DNA from: Oligoflexales bacterium
GTDB lineage: Bacteria > Bdellovibrionota_B > Oligoflexia > Oligoflexales > CAIYRB01
Length of the DNA stretch: 64,000 bases
Reading direction: 5' to 3'
Assembly (NCBI GenBank): GCA_041736175.1
Contig: JBGSUI010000249.1
Span: forward strand, 1-64,000
Shown here: positions 49,564 through 60,906 of the stretch, piece by piece
Layout of the letters: each line of letters opens with the position of its first letter
Position numbering within the stretch: position 1 is the first letter of the stretch
The notes under the pieces: generated by a model
Database searches by the model: none
What the model was told of the DNA's origin: nothing
Seen by the model: only the letters and a program-made list of their open reading frames with translations
Translations under genes and position numbers: made by a program

Positions 49564-50250
49564 TCAAAAAAGCTCCAAATCCTTGGGATTGGAAGTAGGA
49601 ATAGACGGCGTATTGTTTCCTCGGGAAAGCTCTGCCATTGCGGTACGCAGGAGATCTTCGAGGCTCGAGTCTTCGGACATTTGACCTGACTTTATCTCTT
49701 TCTCAAATTTTTGGACTAAGGGCAAAAACTCTCGATCTTTATAGCCTAAATTCTGAAGAGCTGACCTTAAATCTAAGAGGTGCTGGGACGTCTTGGTCAT
49801 AGGAGTGGTTGGAGTCGCCTCGCCTCGACTGGCCCAAGAGAGTTTAAGATTCTTCTCGATTTTTGGCTTAAGCTCCAAGAGAAATTTTTTTGCGGTCTGG
49901 ATTCCGATCCCTGGGACCTGGGCCAAAAGCGGGGCGTTTTCTTGCTCAATCATATTGATAAGCTGGGCTACAGAAAAAGTCGACATAATCGCCAAGGCGA
50001 TTTTTGGTCCGAGTCGGCTTACTCCTAATAGGAGCGCAAAAAGTTGTCGCTCTTCGGAAGTTAAAAAGCCAAAAAGACGCATGGAGTCTTCGCTTACATG
50101 GGTGTAGATCCACATAACAACCCGACAGCCTTCGTTAAGCTGACTCAAGCTGGTGGTGGTGATTTCCACCCCATAGCCGACTCCATGAACGTCTAGAATG
50201 ATTCCTGACGAACTTTTCCTAACACACTCGCCCACGAGTCTTTCGATCAT
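49564..50250 (-). CDS. ruvA: Holliday junction binding protein
   Basis: DVHGVGY, LFGF, GPKIAL, VPGIG, ALQNLGY. Confidence 0.95.
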   Translation of the reverse strand: MIERLVGECVRKSSSGIILDVHGVGYGVEITTTSLSQLNEGCRVVMWIYTHVSEDSMRLFGFLTSEERQLFALLLGVSRLGPKIALAIMSTFSVAQLINMIEQENAPLLAQVPGIGIQTAKKFLLELKPKIEKNLKLSWASRGEATPTTPMTKTSQHLLDLRSALQNLGYKDREFLPLVQKFEKEIKSGQMSEDSSLEDLLRTAMAELSRGNNTPSIPTSNPKDLELF

Positions 50251-50317
50251 GCTTATTTCCTTAGTTTCTCGCGAGGATTCCCCAGTCTGCTATTGGAGAA
50301 TACTTTGACTGCTGATT

Positions 50318-50896
50318 CTACAAACCTTGATGCTCTTTATGGGGGATGATCCTAAGGTCCAGATCATTTCTAAGCTCTCTTAACAGCCCCATACCCTTGA
50401 GTCGATCGGATTCGTCCGATGCCTCTAGGAGTTGGAGTGCTGCATCGAAACTCTGAGAGTCTTTAAGGACCTGACCATTTAGAAACTCAAAGAAATCATT
50501 AATATTTCTCACAAGAAAACGCAAGTCATCATTTTCACGCACCTTGAGCGGAACCATTGCGCGTCGCTCTTTTACCAAGTGAAGGTAGCGGACCATGCTA
50601 AACATAGGTCCTGCAATCCTATGGGTTATAAGGATCGACATCCCGGCGACGATGACGAAATTAGCAATCGCTGCAAGCACCATTCCCCAGATAAAGGGTG
50701 TTGGGAGAAAGTTGGGAAATCTCAGGATGTTTAATTGGAAAAGAGGAATCAAGATCACTGCTAAGGTGACGGTGGTAGATCCCAAGCCCACGGCCAAAGC
50801 CACTCCCATATAGCGGAGTTGGAAATCTCTATTGATCAGGTAAAGCCGCATGGATGGATATGGTTTTGATTTGAACATGGAAATAGTATACGCCAA
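50318..50896 (-). CDS. Two-TM membrane protein with HAMP-like segment
   Basis: LINRDFQLRY; 2 TM; THRIAGP..RENDDL. Confidence 0.7.
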   Translation of the reverse strand: MAYTISMFKSKPYPSMRLYLINRDFQLRYMGVALAVGLGSTTVTLAVILIPLFQLNILRFPNFLPTPFIWGMVLAAIANFVIVAGMSILITHRIAGPMFSMVRYLHLVKERRAMVPLKVRENDDLRFLVRNINDFFEFLNGQVLKDSQSFDAALQLLEASDESDRLKGMGLLRELRNDLDLRIIPHKEHQGL

Positions 50897-50998
50897 TCAA
50901 GGCACCGGAGTCACCATCCAAGGGACGTGGGTCTGAAGGGCGGGCAGATTGGGAGCGTGAGGGGCAAAGGGGCCTCCCTTGAGACCCCCCTAAGTCGA

Positions 50999-52147
50999 CT
51001 AACCTTTCAAAGCAGCTACTTTATCAAGGCGTTCCCATGGAAACTCGTTACGACCAAAATGTCCATAGCTGGCGGTAGCTTTATAAATAGGTCTTAAGAG
51101 GTCAAACTGTTCGACGATCTCGCTTGGTTTGAGCCTGAAATTAGACCTGACTCGACTGACCAGCTCCTGGGGCGAGAGTTTGGATGTCCCATAGTCTTCG
51201 ATATAAACACTGACGGGTTCTGCCACTCCAATAGCATAGGCCAACTGGACCAGGCATTTTGAGGCGAGACCCGATGCCACCAGGTTTTTTGCAATATAGC
51301 GGCCTAAATAAGCAGCGGAGCGATCGACTTTAGAAGGATCTTTGCCTGAAAAGGCCCCCCCGCCATGGGCTCCGTGGCCACCATAGGAATCGACAATGAT
51401 TTTTCGACCTGTTAAACCGCAATCTCCTTGGGGGCCGCCGATCACAAAGCGACCGGTTGGATTGACCAAGTACCTAGTCTTGTCCAAGAGATGGGAGGGG
51501 ATGACCTTTTTAATGACTTCTTCGATGACGTAAGCTTCAAGCTCCTTCTGGGAAACTTCTGGTGTATGCTGGGTCGAGATCACAACCGTATCAACCCGTT
51601 TAAGCTGGCCGCCCCGGTACTCGACGGTAACCTGGCTTTTGGCATCGGGACGCAAGAAGGGCACCGTTTTAGCTCGCCTAACTTCCGAAAGCTTTTTTAG
51701 GAGTTTGTGGGAAAAGCTAATGGTTGCAGGCATAAACTCATCGGTTTCGTTACAGGCATAGCCAAACATCATACCCTGGTCGCCAGCTCCCTGCTCCTTT
51801 TGGGAGGTTGCCGTTACACCTTGGGAAATATCGGGAGACTGCTGCTCAATGGCAGTTAGGACACCGCAGCTGTTTGCATCAAATCCCAGCTTACCATCAG
51901 TATAGCCAATCTCATCAATCACTTGACGTGCCACTTTGGCATAGTCTACCACAGCTTTGGTCGTGACTTCGCCAGCGATAACGACTAAGCCAGTTTTCAC
52001 AAGGGACTCGACGGCCACGCGAGAGTATTTATCCTGAGTCAGAATAGCATCTAAGATAGCATCGCTGATTTGGTCGCAGATTTTGTCAGGATGGCCTTCA
52101 CTGACTGATTCAGAGGTAAAAAGATAATCGCTTGGTCCTCGGCTCAT
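50999..52147 (-). CDS. metK: S-adenosylmethionine synthetase
   Basis: [28 protein letters not shown]. Confidence 0.99.
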   Translation of the reverse strand: MSRGPSDYLFTSESVSEGHPDKICDQISDAILDAILTQDKYSRVAVESLVKTGLVVIAGEVTTKAVVDYAKVARQVIDEIGYTDGKLGFDANSCGVLTAIEQQSPDISQGVTATSQKEQGAGDQGMMFGYACNETDEFMPATISFSHKLLKKLSEVRRAKTVPFLRPDAKSQVTVEYRGGQLKRVDTVVISTQHTPEVSQKELEAYVIEEVIKKVIPSHLLDKTRYLVNPTGRFVIGGPQGDCGLTGRKIIVDSYGGHGAHGGGAFSGKDPSKVDRSAAYLGRYIAKNLVASGLASKCLVQLAYAIGVAEPVSVYIEDYGTSKLSPQELVSRVRSNFRLKPSEIVEQFDLLRPIYKATASYGHFGRNEFPWERLDKVAALKG

Positions 52148-52148
52148 A

Positions 52149-53207
52149 CTACAGTCCTCTCTTAAGTTTTAAGGTCACTTGCCCGCCTTGATGGGCCATC
52201 GCATTGGCTATCCCGATCGTGCGGCCGTTATCAGTTAATACAATCACAGGAGTGATTCCTTCGAAACACTTTTCCTTGAATCCTCGATCTTTGAGGCTAA
52301 CTGACCCCTGATCGCTTAATTCATTTCTAAATTGGTCCCACCCCACCATAACATGTTGGCCTTGGGTAAGCCGCAAAATCATCTGTTGGTCGATTGGCGC
52401 CCACCGGGGGACCCCAAACTCTAAGCTATCAAGCGGTAAAACCAACTTGCTCAGATTTGAGCGAAAGAGAAGTCTAGGGTCGATAACATCAGAGGTAGAG
52501 GTGCCACATCGCTCCTCGATTTCTTCGAGGGTAAGGCATTGCTCAAGGGGGAGTCCGCTTGCATAAGTGCGAATCAATTGGGTGACACTTCCAAAGGTTC
52601 CTACAGAACGAGCCAAATCTCGAGCAAGACATCGCACATAAGTCCCCTTAGAGCAGTGAACTCGGAAAAATCCACGGGGTGGCTCCCATCGGAGCAGCGA
52701 ATAGGAGTAGACCTCAACGGTCCGTTTTAGATTTTTGATGATCGCTTCATCAAGACCTACGACCGCCGAACGATTGTGTGACTCCTGCCGAGCATATTGG
52801 TATAGGGGTTTTCCTTGATACTTGACCGCGGAGTAACGAGGAGGGATTTGAGAGATGGTTCCCTTAAAAGCCTCAAGAGCCTCCCTAAGGCATTTTTCAT
52901 CAAGGTGTGAGTAAGATCCCCTATGAATCACCTCTCCTTCAGAATCAAGGGTGGAGGTTTCTTGGCCGAACTCCACCTCAAACTCGTAGGTTTTAGGCAG
53001 CTCCATAAGATAATCCTGTAGCCGTGTTACGCGCCCCAAAAGAATAGGTAAGACCCCGCTTGCTGCCGGATCAAGGGTCCCCGCATGGCCTAGTTTGAGG
53101 GGGCCAACTCGCTTTGTAAGCCACCTTGAAACATCTTTTGACACCATCCCCAAGGGTTTATGGATGGCTAACAAACCATTGATAGGTTCGCCTCCAAGTG
53201 CCCTCAT
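52149..53207 (-). CDS. truB: tRNA pseudouridine(55) synthase
   Basis: [30 protein letters not shown]. Confidence 0.96.
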   Translation of the reverse strand: MRALGGEPINGLLAIHKPLGMVSKDVSRWLTKRVGPLKLGHAGTLDPAASGVLPILLGRVTRLQDYLMELPKTYEFEVEFGQETSTLDSEGEVIHRGSYSHLDEKCLREALEAFKGTISQIPPRYSAVKYQGKPLYQYARQESHNRSAVVGLDEAIIKNLKRTVEVYSYSLLRWEPPRGFFRVHCSKGTYVRCLARDLARSVGTFGSVTQLIRTYASGLPLEQCLTLEEIEERCGTSTSDVIDPRLLFRSNLSKLVLPLDSLEFGVPRWAPIDQQMILRLTQGQHVMVGWDQFRNELSDQGSVSLKDRGFKEKCFEGITPVIVLTDNGRTIGIANAMAHQGGQVTLKLKRGL

Positions 53208-53572
53208 TGTCTAATTTTACCAAGCAAGGATTCAATATGGGATCCATACTCGACACTTTCATCGTAGCGGAAATGGATCTCAGGGATCCGCCGCAATTTT
53301 ACCCCATCAGCAACTCTTTTTCGTAAAAAACTTGAGGCACTTTTGAGTCCCTTCTCAGCTTTTATTAGGATTTCTGGAGGCAAACTGCCATCTTCTTGAG
53401 GACCAGGGTACATCACTCGAAAATAAACGTAAGCATGTTGTAAATCCCCTGTTAACTTTACAGCCGTAATCGTTAAGTTTTCAAGACGCGGGTCGTTCAT
53501 CTGCCCGCCCTGAAAACAACGACCGAGGATATCACGAATCTCATCTGCAAGCCGATCTTGGCGTATTCCCAT
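53204..53572 (-). CDS. rbfA: Ribosome-binding factor A
   Basis: DPRL..ITAV..DLQHA; LRRIPEIHFRYDES. Confidence 0.95.
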   Translation of the reverse strand: MGIRQDRLADEIRDILGRCFQGGQMNDPRLENLTITAVKLTGDLQHAYVYFRVMYPGPQEDGSLPPEILIKAEKGLKSASSFLRKRVADGVKLRRIPEIHFRYDESVEYGSHIESLLGKIRQ

Positions 53573-53629
53573 ACGGATCTCTCTTGAGCTAAACCATTAA
53601 TTAGTTATTTCACTTACTGACATCATGAG

Positions 53630-53659
53630 TAAAATTGGGCTTTGGTGTGCCCAATTTTA
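53630..53659. terminator. 11-bp inverted repeat between infB and rbfA (terminator or processing hairpin)
   Basis: TAAAATTGGGC-N8-GCCCAATTTTA. Confidence 0.6.
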
Positions 53660-53692
53660 GCGATACTTCCTACTCTTCTGATAGAGGCTTCA

Positions 53693-56600
53693 CTATAGAG
53701 TCGCTACGGTCTCTTCCAGGGCAAAGACTTCTATCACATCACCCTCTCGGATATCGTTGTAGCCATCGATACCAATCCCGCACTCAAATCCTTGAGCCAC
53801 CTCTTTGACATCGTCTTTAAACCGCCGCAGGGAGCCCAACTTACCTGTGTAAATCACAACGCTGTCTCTTATCAGGCGACACTGGGAAGATCGAGTGATC
53901 TTGCCATCCAAGACTGCAGATCCAGCAATCGTCCCGATTTTCGGCACATTGATTGGTTTGCGCACCTCTGCATGGCCCATAACAACTTCGTTGATGATGG
54001 GGGGCAATTTGCCGACCATAATAGCTTTAACCGCATCAACGATTTCGTAAATGATACTGAAGTACTTGATAGGCACTCCTGATCTCTCAGCGAGATCATC
54101 CAGGCCGCGCATGGCTCTGACATTAAAGCCGATCACCAATGCTCCTGAGGCCTGGCCCAGGGTGATATCAGATTCAGTGACCCCACCCACAGCGCAGTGA
54201 ATCAGGCGGGTTTTGATTTTTGGGGTGCTTAACTTCAAAATAGTATCTGCGATTGCTTCTAACGATCCCTGGGTATCACCCTTGAGAATAATAGGTACCT
54301 CGAGCACATCTTCTGATTTAACTCGGTTTAAGAGGTCTTCAAGGCTTGCTGCGCTGGATTTCGCTGCCGCTTGTTTTTTAGTTTGCTGGACGCGCCAATC
54401 AGCCGCATCTCGAGCCGTTTTTTCGTCAGCGACGATATGGAAGGTGTCACCTGCCATAGGAACTCCAGACAAACCAATGATCTCGACTGGCTCAGATGGT
54501 CCCGCAGCGCTGACATCCCTAGCAAGATAGTCATGCATTGCCCTTAGACGTCCATATTCGGCGCCTGCGACGATTAAGTCGCCTGTGCGTAGTGTACCGC
54601 GCTCCACTACAACCGTGGCGACGGGTCCCCGCCCCTTATCGAGATGGGCTTCGATGACAATCCCTTGCGCAAAACCAAGTTTGGTTGATTTCAGATCTAA
54701 CACTTCAGAGAGAAGTAGGATGCCTTCGAGTAGGTCATCAATACCTTTACGCTGGAGTGCGGAGCATTTTACAAATTGGACATCTCCGCCCCACTCTTCA
54801 GCCTGCACGCCATGCTCGGCAAGCTCTCTATAGATCCGGTCAAAATTTACATTGGGTTTGTCAATCTTATTGAGTGCAACAATGATAGGCACATTCGCAG
54901 CTTTTGCATGGGAAATCGCCTCGATGGTTTGCGGCATCACCCCGTCATCAGCAGCCACCACAAGGACGACGATATCGGTGAGTTTCGCACCGCGAGACCG
55001 CATGGCTGAGAATGCTTCATGACCCGGAGTATCCAAAAAGGTGATCTTCTTGTTATTTCGTTCGACGGAATAGGCACCGATATGCTGAGTGATACCACCA
55101 GCTTCTCCGCCTGCGACATTGGCGGAGCGGATCGCATCAAGAATCGAAGTCTTACCATGATCGACATGCCCCATCACTGTTACAATCGGTGGCCTGCTTT
55201 CGATAGAGCCTTCTTCCATGGGTCGAGTCTTGATAATATCGTCGACGGTTTCAATGACACTTTTGATCTCAAAACCAAATTCAGATCCCACAATGGAAGC
55301 TACATCGGCATCAATGGTTTGGTTCAAGGTGGCCATGACACCCTGTGCCATAAGCTTTTTAATCAACTCAGCAGATTTGATGGACATCTGCTTTGCAAGC
55401 TCGTTGACCGTTATATTTTCACCCATTTCGATCACCCGATAGGAGGCCCTTGGGGTCGTAATCTGGGTCTTTTTTAAGTCCTTGCGTCGCTTGAGGTCTC
55501 GTCTGGAGCGAGGCGCAGAAGGCGTATAAATCGTGCGTACTTGCTGGGGAGTCACAGCGGGATCTTCCTCAGCCCTCTCCAAATCCTCAACCTGCTCTAA
55601 GAGTGCCCGCATATTGACTGTGGACTGACCCTTGGACTTCTTGATCGCACGTTTTTTAGCGATTTCTTCTTCGTCTGTTAGCTTGCGGTCTTTGTTGACC
55701 GGGTTAGCTTTACGACTGCTCCATTGCTCAGCATCCTCTAGGGGAGGTGGAATTTGGTTGGGGTCTGGAACAAGGCTTGCCGGCGCATCCCCACTGATGC
55801 GGTTTTGTAAGAGCCCCAATCCTGTGACCCTCGTTCCCCGATGATCTTCTTTGCGGCCAGCTTGTTGTCGCTTTGCAGCCTGATTTTGAAGATTTTCAAC
55901 CTCTTCAGGGGTTGCTTTTCGAACAATCGTAGCTCCACCCATATCGCGTCTTTTCGGACCTACGGCTCCGCTAGGCACAGTTTGTTGACCAATTCCTGTC
56001 ATAGGGACTTGGGATGCGACGGGCGTTGCGCCACGGGAAGGTGGTTGAGATCTCAAGGCATCTCTTTGGGTGGCATCATCCCTGGTGCGGGATCCTTCCG
56101 TTCCTGGTTCGACCCCCCGTCCGAAAGATCCTGACGCACCATGGCGACTTGGCTGTTGAGTAGGAGACTGGTTTCGCCCGTAGGTGCTTGGGTTGTAGGT
56201 ACTATTAGGTTCCGCCGGAGAAGCCTTATGAGCTCCGGGTACATTTTGTCGAAGCGGAGGATTTTGGCCCGTTTTCGGTAGGACGGGAGACCCAGGGGGT
56301 TGTCGACCGTGTTGCGGGTGAGTTGGCCTTGGACCAACTCCCGCTCCTGGAGTTAAGCCACTCGTTGATCCTATAGGCGGTGCTGCAGGTGGGGACATAC
56401 GTGCTCCCTGCCCAGGACCACCTGTGGAAGGACTTGCCCCGAGGGCCGATGTGGCTCCCTGGGGGGAATCACCCTGTCGCCCAGTGTTGGAACTGAGGTC
56501 TTTTCCAAAGCCTTGGGACTTACCGGTGTTGAGGATGCTTGGCGTCGCTGGATTTCGTTCGGAGGTGGCAGCGGGAGACGGCGATCTTGAGGGTGCGGCT

Positions 56601-57496
56601 GATCTGACCACCGTAGCACTCGACGAACCTGCATTCCTTACAGGTGGTGGGGGGCTCGGCTGTGCGGCTCGGACAATCGTTGCAGATTGTGAGCCCGATC
56701 GTCTCAATGGCGGCAAGGCCTTTTCAACTCCTGGTCGTTGAATGCTAGCAGCAGGGGCATCTTGGGTCGCTCCTGGCTGGTTGGTTGCTACGTTGACCGA
56801 GGTGGCTGATGCATCGACCCGGACTTGGTCTAAAGTCGGAGCATCTTGGGTTAAAGCCTTTGGGGTCACGTCCCCTAAATCTGAACTTTTGGGTTTAAGT
56901 TTAGTTCCGGAGGACTCATGGTGCGTTTCAGTATGAGACATGGCCATTGATGACTCTAATGGTGGAAGATGACTCGCGATGTCCGCAGATTCTGCTGCCA
57001 AATCCGTCTGTTGAGGGGATGTTTTTGGTTCTAGGCGACTCACCACACCTTCGGCTTCAGGAGTACCGGCAGCCAAAGGCAAAGGACCCCCACGGTTATG
57101 GTCTGAAAACGATTGAGCGTCGTTCTCCGAAAGGACCCCTTGGTTTCCGAAAGTATCCTGGTTGTCTTGGGTGCCCACCGATGAATGATCGGAAGCGATC
57201 TTAGCGCCATCTTCAGGGAAAGACTCATCACCTTGTGCAGCTTGCAGGGATACAGCGATATCTTCGCCGACACTTGCAACGCGCCGACGAATGACAACTT
57301 TTCGTTTTGAAGAATCTTGAGACCCAGATCCTTGATTTACGGGTGCAGCAAAGGCCTGCCTTAACTCACTAATTTGTTGATCCGTCAACGTGCTCTGGTG
57401 GCTAAGATTACGCGCACCACCTTTGAGCTTCGAAAGGAGGACCTTTGTCTCAATATTGAGTTCTCGCGCTAATTCGTACACCCGTAACTTCGTCAT
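53693..57496 (-). CDS. infB: Translation initiation factor IF-2
   Basis: KLRVYELA N-domain; [26 protein letters not shown]. Confidence 0.98.
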   Translation of the reverse strand: MTKLRVYELARELNIETKVLLSKLKGGARNLSHQSTLTDQQISELRQAFAAPVNQGSGSQDSSKRKVVIRRRVASVGEDIAVSLQAAQGDESFPEDGAKIASDHSSVGTQDNQDTFGNQGVLSENDAQSFSDHNRGGPLPLAAGTPEAEGVVSRLEPKTSPQQTDLAAESADIASHLPPLESSMAMSHTETHHESSGTKLKPKSSDLGDVTPKALTQDAPTLDQVRVDASATSVNVATNQPGATQDAPAASIQRPGVEKALPPLRRSGSQSATIVRAAQPSPPPPVRNAGSSSATVVRSAAPSRSPSPAATSERNPATPSILNTGKSQGFGKDLSSNTGRQGDSPQGATSALGASPSTGGPGQGARMSPPAAPPIGSTSGLTPGAGVGPRPTHPQHGRQPPGSPVLPKTGQNPPLRQNVPGAHKASPAEPNSTYNPSTYGRNQSPTQQPSRHGASGSFGRGVEPGTEGSRTRDDATQRDALRSQPPSRGATPVASQVPMTGIGQQTVPSGAVGPKRRDMGGATIVRKATPEEVENLQNQAAKRQQAGRKEDHRGTRVTGLGLLQNRISGDAPASLVPDPNQIPPPLEDAEQWSSRKANPVNKDRKLTDEEEIAKKRAIKKSKGQSTVNMRALLEQVEDLERAEEDPAVTPQQVRTIYTPSAPRSRRDLKRRKDLKKTQITTPRASYRVIEMGENITVNELAKQMSIKSAELIKKLMAQGVMATLNQTIDADVASIVGSEFGFEIKSVIETVDDIIKTRPMEEGSIESRPPIVTVMGHVDHGKTSILDAIRSANVAGGEAGGITQHIGAYSVERNNKKITFLDTPGHEAFSAMRSRGAKLTDIVVLVVAADDGVMPQTIEAISHAKAANVPIIVALNKIDKPNVNFDRIYRELAEHGVQAEEWGGDVQFVKCSALQRKGIDDLLEGILLLSEVLDLKSTKLGFAQGIVIEAHLDKGRGPVATVVVERGTLRTGDLIVAGAEYGRLRAMHDYLARDVSAAGPSEPVEIIGLSGVPMAGDTFHIVADEKTARDAADWRVQQTKKQAAAKSSAASLEDLLNRVKSEDVLEVPIILKGDTQGSLEAIADTILKLSTPKIKTRLIHCAVGGVTESDITLGQASGALVIGFNVRAMRGLDDLAERSGVPIKYFSIIYEIVDAVKAIMVGKLPPIINEVVMGHAEVRKPINVPKIGTIAGSAVLDGKITRSSQCRLIRDSVVIYTGKLGSLRRFKDDVKEVAQGFECGIGIDGYNDIREGDVIEVFALEETVATL

Positions 57497-57549
57497 CTAA
57501 CGTCCTTTTTTTCTATAGACCATGGGACACTAAACAAGGATTTTATGAT

Positions 57550-59154
57550 TTACTCATCTTCACCATCGTCCAATTCCATCTGTAAAAAGCGATCCGCAGC
57601 TATCTGCACTGTCCGAGATATTCCTAGGGATAAGCCTGTCTTAGAGGAGACTTCTTCTGCTGAGTCCGCAATGATATCCCCAATGGTTCCATAGCCAGCA
57701 TCCGCCAGCGCATGGGCTGTCGCCTCTCCCACCCCTGAAAGCTTCATAAAGGTCTTGATGCGATCTAGGCGACTTCCATCCACTTCACCACCGCTTGCCT
57801 CTTGGCCGGAGGCCCTTGGATCAGCCACAGCATTGGCTAAAAGTTCATCTTCAGACTCTTGGCCTATGGCAGTTTTCTTTGGAGCATCGAAACCAGCGGC
57901 TTTTGCTAAGACTAAGGCGGCTTCCACGACTTTTTCGGATTCTTGCTCGTCCATATTCAATAATCGTTGTAAAACCCTTGCGCTCAACCCGGCGACTTCT
58001 GCAGGAGACTTAATTCCTTCGTTGACAAGAATTTCTGCACGCATGGGACCAATGCCAGGAATATTGGCGACTGCCAATTTAGAACCAACCAGCTCTTGTT
58101 CGAGCTTGCTCTCGCTCTTGATATCGAGGCGCCAGCCGGTGAGCTGGGCGGCTAGCCTTACATTTTGACCGCGTTTACCGATAGCTAAAGAGAGTTGATC
58201 ATCAGCTACGATCACTTCCATGCTATGATTGGCTTCATCAACTATGACTTTAGAGACGACCGCCGGTGCTAGAGCGTTACAGACCAACCGGGCTGGGTCT
58301 TTATCCCAAGGAACAATATCGATTTTTTCACCATTGAGTTCCTGGACGACCGCCTGAACCCTGGCCCCTTTCATTCCAACGCAAGCCCCTACTGGGTCTA
58401 CAGCAGGGTCTCGAGAGTAGACAGCGATTTTAGACCTATGTCCTGGATCCCTTGCGGCACTCTCAATGGTAACGATTCCATCATAAATTTCTGTCACATG
58501 CTGCTCGAAAAGGCGTACTAAAAATCCAGGGTGAGCCCGAGACATGATGATTTGGGGGCCTCTTGACGAACGCTTGACCTCAAGCACATACCCTGTAATC
58601 CGGTCTTTAACTCGGTATTTTTCGGTAGGCATCTGTTCTCGGTAAGGAATCACGGCCTCTGTTCGTCCCAAATCCACTATAGTGTCGTTGCGCTCAAACC
58701 TGCGGACATGACCCGAAAGAATTTCACCGGTACGGTCTTTGAATTCTTCGTAAATCTGGGCTCGTTCCGCATCCCTCACTTTTTGAACGATAATCTGCTT
58801 GGCAGACTGGGCTGCGATGCGTCCGAAACTATTGGTATCTAACTTAATGCCCAAAGCATCTCCGAGATTAGCCTCTGGATCTAATCGATGGGCCTCAGGG
58901 ATAGAGATCTCTCGAACCTTATCAGCGACTGAATCTACGACCGTTCGAAACTGGTAGAGTTCAATCTCATTGCTGTCTTCGTTGTAATGGGCTTCTAGGT
59001 CAGCAGTTGCACCGAAATCTCGACGCGCCGCATGGAGGACCGCTTGTTCCAAGGCGTCGATTATAATGGCCTTGTCCAGGTTTTTATCTCTGCTTACCGC
59101 ATTGATAACCCGGGTTAGATCCCCTTCCAACTCTGCTGTTTCACTTATTGCCAT
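57550..59154 (-). CDS. nusA: Transcription termination/antitermination factor NusA
   Basis: FGRIAAQSAKQ, DPVGACVG, AIGKRGQNVRLA; C-terminal HhH-like repeats. Confidence 0.98.
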   Translation of the reverse strand: MAISETAELEGDLTRVINAVSRDKNLDKAIIIDALEQAVLHAARRDFGATADLEAHYNEDSNEIELYQFRTVVDSVADKVREISIPEAHRLDPEANLGDALGIKLDTNSFGRIAAQSAKQIIVQKVRDAERAQIYEEFKDRTGEILSGHVRRFERNDTIVDLGRTEAVIPYREQMPTEKYRVKDRITGYVLEVKRSSRGPQIIMSRAHPGFLVRLFEQHVTEIYDGIVTIESAARDPGHRSKIAVYSRDPAVDPVGACVGMKGARVQAVVQELNGEKIDIVPWDKDPARLVCNALAPAVVSKVIVDEANHSMEVIVADDQLSLAIGKRGQNVRLAAQLTGWRLDIKSESKLEQELVGSKLAVANIPGIGPMRAEILVNEGIKSPAEVAGLSARVLQRLLNMDEQESEKVVEAALVLAKAAGFDAPKKTAIGQESEDELLANAVADPRASGQEASGGEVDGSRLDRIKTFMKLSGVGEATAHALADAGYGTIGDIIADSAEEVSSKTGLSLGISRTVQIAADRFLQMELDDGEDE

Positions 59155-59206
59155 ATCTTTTCTTCCTCAAATCATCATGCTCAATTCGTCATGAAAACAA
59201 ATGCGC

Positions 59207-59710
59207 TTAGTTCAGTTGATACCAATCATACACAAGGTTGGCCATCGAGAGGGTTGATAAAGGAAACGTCCAGGGTCCACGATTGGTATCGATTGTAATC
59301 TCGACGCTCTCATGAAAAGTGGGACCCACCCCTACAAGCTTCCCTTTCCCATGGACTCGATTTCCGTGGGGCTCTAGAAGTTTAACCTCAATGGTATGAC
59401 CGACATACCTCTCAAAATCCCCTTGGCACCTGAGAGGTCTCTCAATCCCAGGGGAGCTGACTTCGAGGGAGTAGGAGTCGCAAAAAGGCACCGATTCATC
59501 GATCCGGTTGGTTTCGTTAAGATGCCGTGATGCCTCTAAACAATCATCCATATTAAAGGGGAGTTGCCCCTCGCTGGGCAACTCATGATCTAGGAAAACC
59601 CTTAGGGTTTTGGTATCCGCTTCCCACTGGATTTCAATACAGCGATACCCTAAGGACGACAGGTCGTCGCTTACGACTTTGATGAGGGTATCGAGTTGGG
59701 TGCGGTTCAT
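59207..59710 (-). CDS. rimP: Ribosome maturation factor RimP
   Basis: LRVFLD, YSLEVSSPGIERPL. Confidence 0.95.
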   Translation of the reverse strand: MNRTQLDTLIKVVSDDLSSLGYRCIEIQWEADTKTLRVFLDHELPSEGQLPFNMDDCLEASRHLNETNRIDESVPFCDSYSLEVSSPGIERPLRCQGDFERYVGHTIEVKLLEPHGNRVHGKGKLVGVGPTFHESVEITIDTNRGPWTFPLSTLSMANLVYDWYQLN

Positions 59711-59943
59711 TACCTAAACTTCTGTTGAATTTGTAAATGGACTCTTCACGCTGAATATGCCCGGGGGGCAAAGTCTAACAAAAGCAGAAACCCACGGCTA
59801 CTAACTTTGTGCCCTTGGGGACTGAGCCTCCTTGGACACCTGCTAGCACCTGGACCTGATCCCATATGTCAGCCAAAAGGTCTAACACCAAAAGAGGGGC
59901 CTTATTCACACGGCATGGGGATTATCATAAAATAATTAAAGAA

Positions 59944-59970
59944 TCAATTTGTTCTATGATGGGCCGATAG
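59944..59970 (+). promoter_or_regulatory. Sigma28-like promoter
   Basis: TCAA-N15-GCCGATAG upstream of 60054. Confidence 0.6.
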
Positions 59971-60053
59971 CAGCAATGGAAGGTCACCCGGATCTTCGTA
60001 CCCTTAAAAGTAGCGTAAACCATTTAAATGACTAATTTTTTGAAAGGAATTAA

Positions 60054-60875
60054 ATGAGCCAACTCCTTGACAGGCTGAAAAAAATCTCCCAGAGCCTCCT
60101 GGCGCAAAACTCCAAATTGGATGAGGAGGTGGAAGCAACCGCAATCGATCTCCGACTCCATGCACGGTATCGACTCAATGATGATGAGGCGACCTTTAAA
60201 ATAAAGGGCACCAACTCTGAATGGCGCATCAATAATATCAGCTATTCTGGTCTGGCCGGTTCAATCACCGACCCGGCTTATGGGCCACTGATCATTGAGC
60301 CCCATTTCGAAGGAACGCTAACCTTTTTAGACCAGGAGCAGACTTGCCAGCTTACTAGAATTCGCACCTTTAAAAAGGATGATAGGGTGGTTTTTTTTGG
60401 TGCCGAATTTCAGCACATAGGGCCAGAAATGCTGGTGTTTTTAAGAGGTTTTCTCGAACCATGGCGTTGGGGTCAAACCCTCGTTCTGGTTCCACCAGAA
60501 TTTCGAGCAGATCGGTATAAGGGAGATTCCTGGTTCTGTTTTCGTGGAGATGGTCCGACGGACCTTATCTATCATCATCTGCCGGGGAGAGAGGGCCAAG
60601 AAGTGCTTTCGACGGTCTTACTTACATTTTTAATCAATGGACGGTATGGCGAACTCCGCTGGAAGGACGCGATTTTAACCACGAGTATGGCGTCTGACGC
60701 TGAATCGAAGACTTTTCAGGTGGGTGCCACCATGGAAACTTTACCAATGCTCGATACGAACCTGCTACGCACCGGTCTTTGCATACTTTCTGCTATGGAG
60801 CCGTCCCACAGAAAGGTGCTTAAGCCCTTGATCCACGAGGTGCGAAGACTTTTAGATCTTAGTGCGGCAGGATGA
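60054..60875 (+). CDS. PilZ-domain protein
   Basis: RLHAR (RxxxR), NISYSG (NxSxxG), GAEF. Confidence 0.7.
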   Translation: MSQLLDRLKKISQSLLAQNSKLDEEVEATAIDLRLHARYRLNDDEATFKIKGTNSEWRINNISYSGLAGSITDPAYGPLIIEPHFEGTLTFLDQEQTCQLTRIRTFKKDDRVVFFGAEFQHIGPEMLVFLRGFLEPWRWGQTLVLVPPEFRADRYKGDSWFCFRGDGPTDLIYHHLPGREGQEVLSTVLLTFLINGRYGELRWKDAILTTSMASDAESKTFQVGATMETLPMLDTNLLRTGLCILSAMEPSHRKVLKPLIHEVRRLLDLSAAG

Positions 60876-60906
60876 ATCTGTTGCATAGAGTCCTCTAAAC
60901 ACAATA

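Noticed and set aside
59815..59875. TPP-riboswitch-like words GGGGACTGAG..GACCTGATCC
   Set aside because: Lacks CTGAGA and the 3' GCGxAGG, and no thiamine gene follows.
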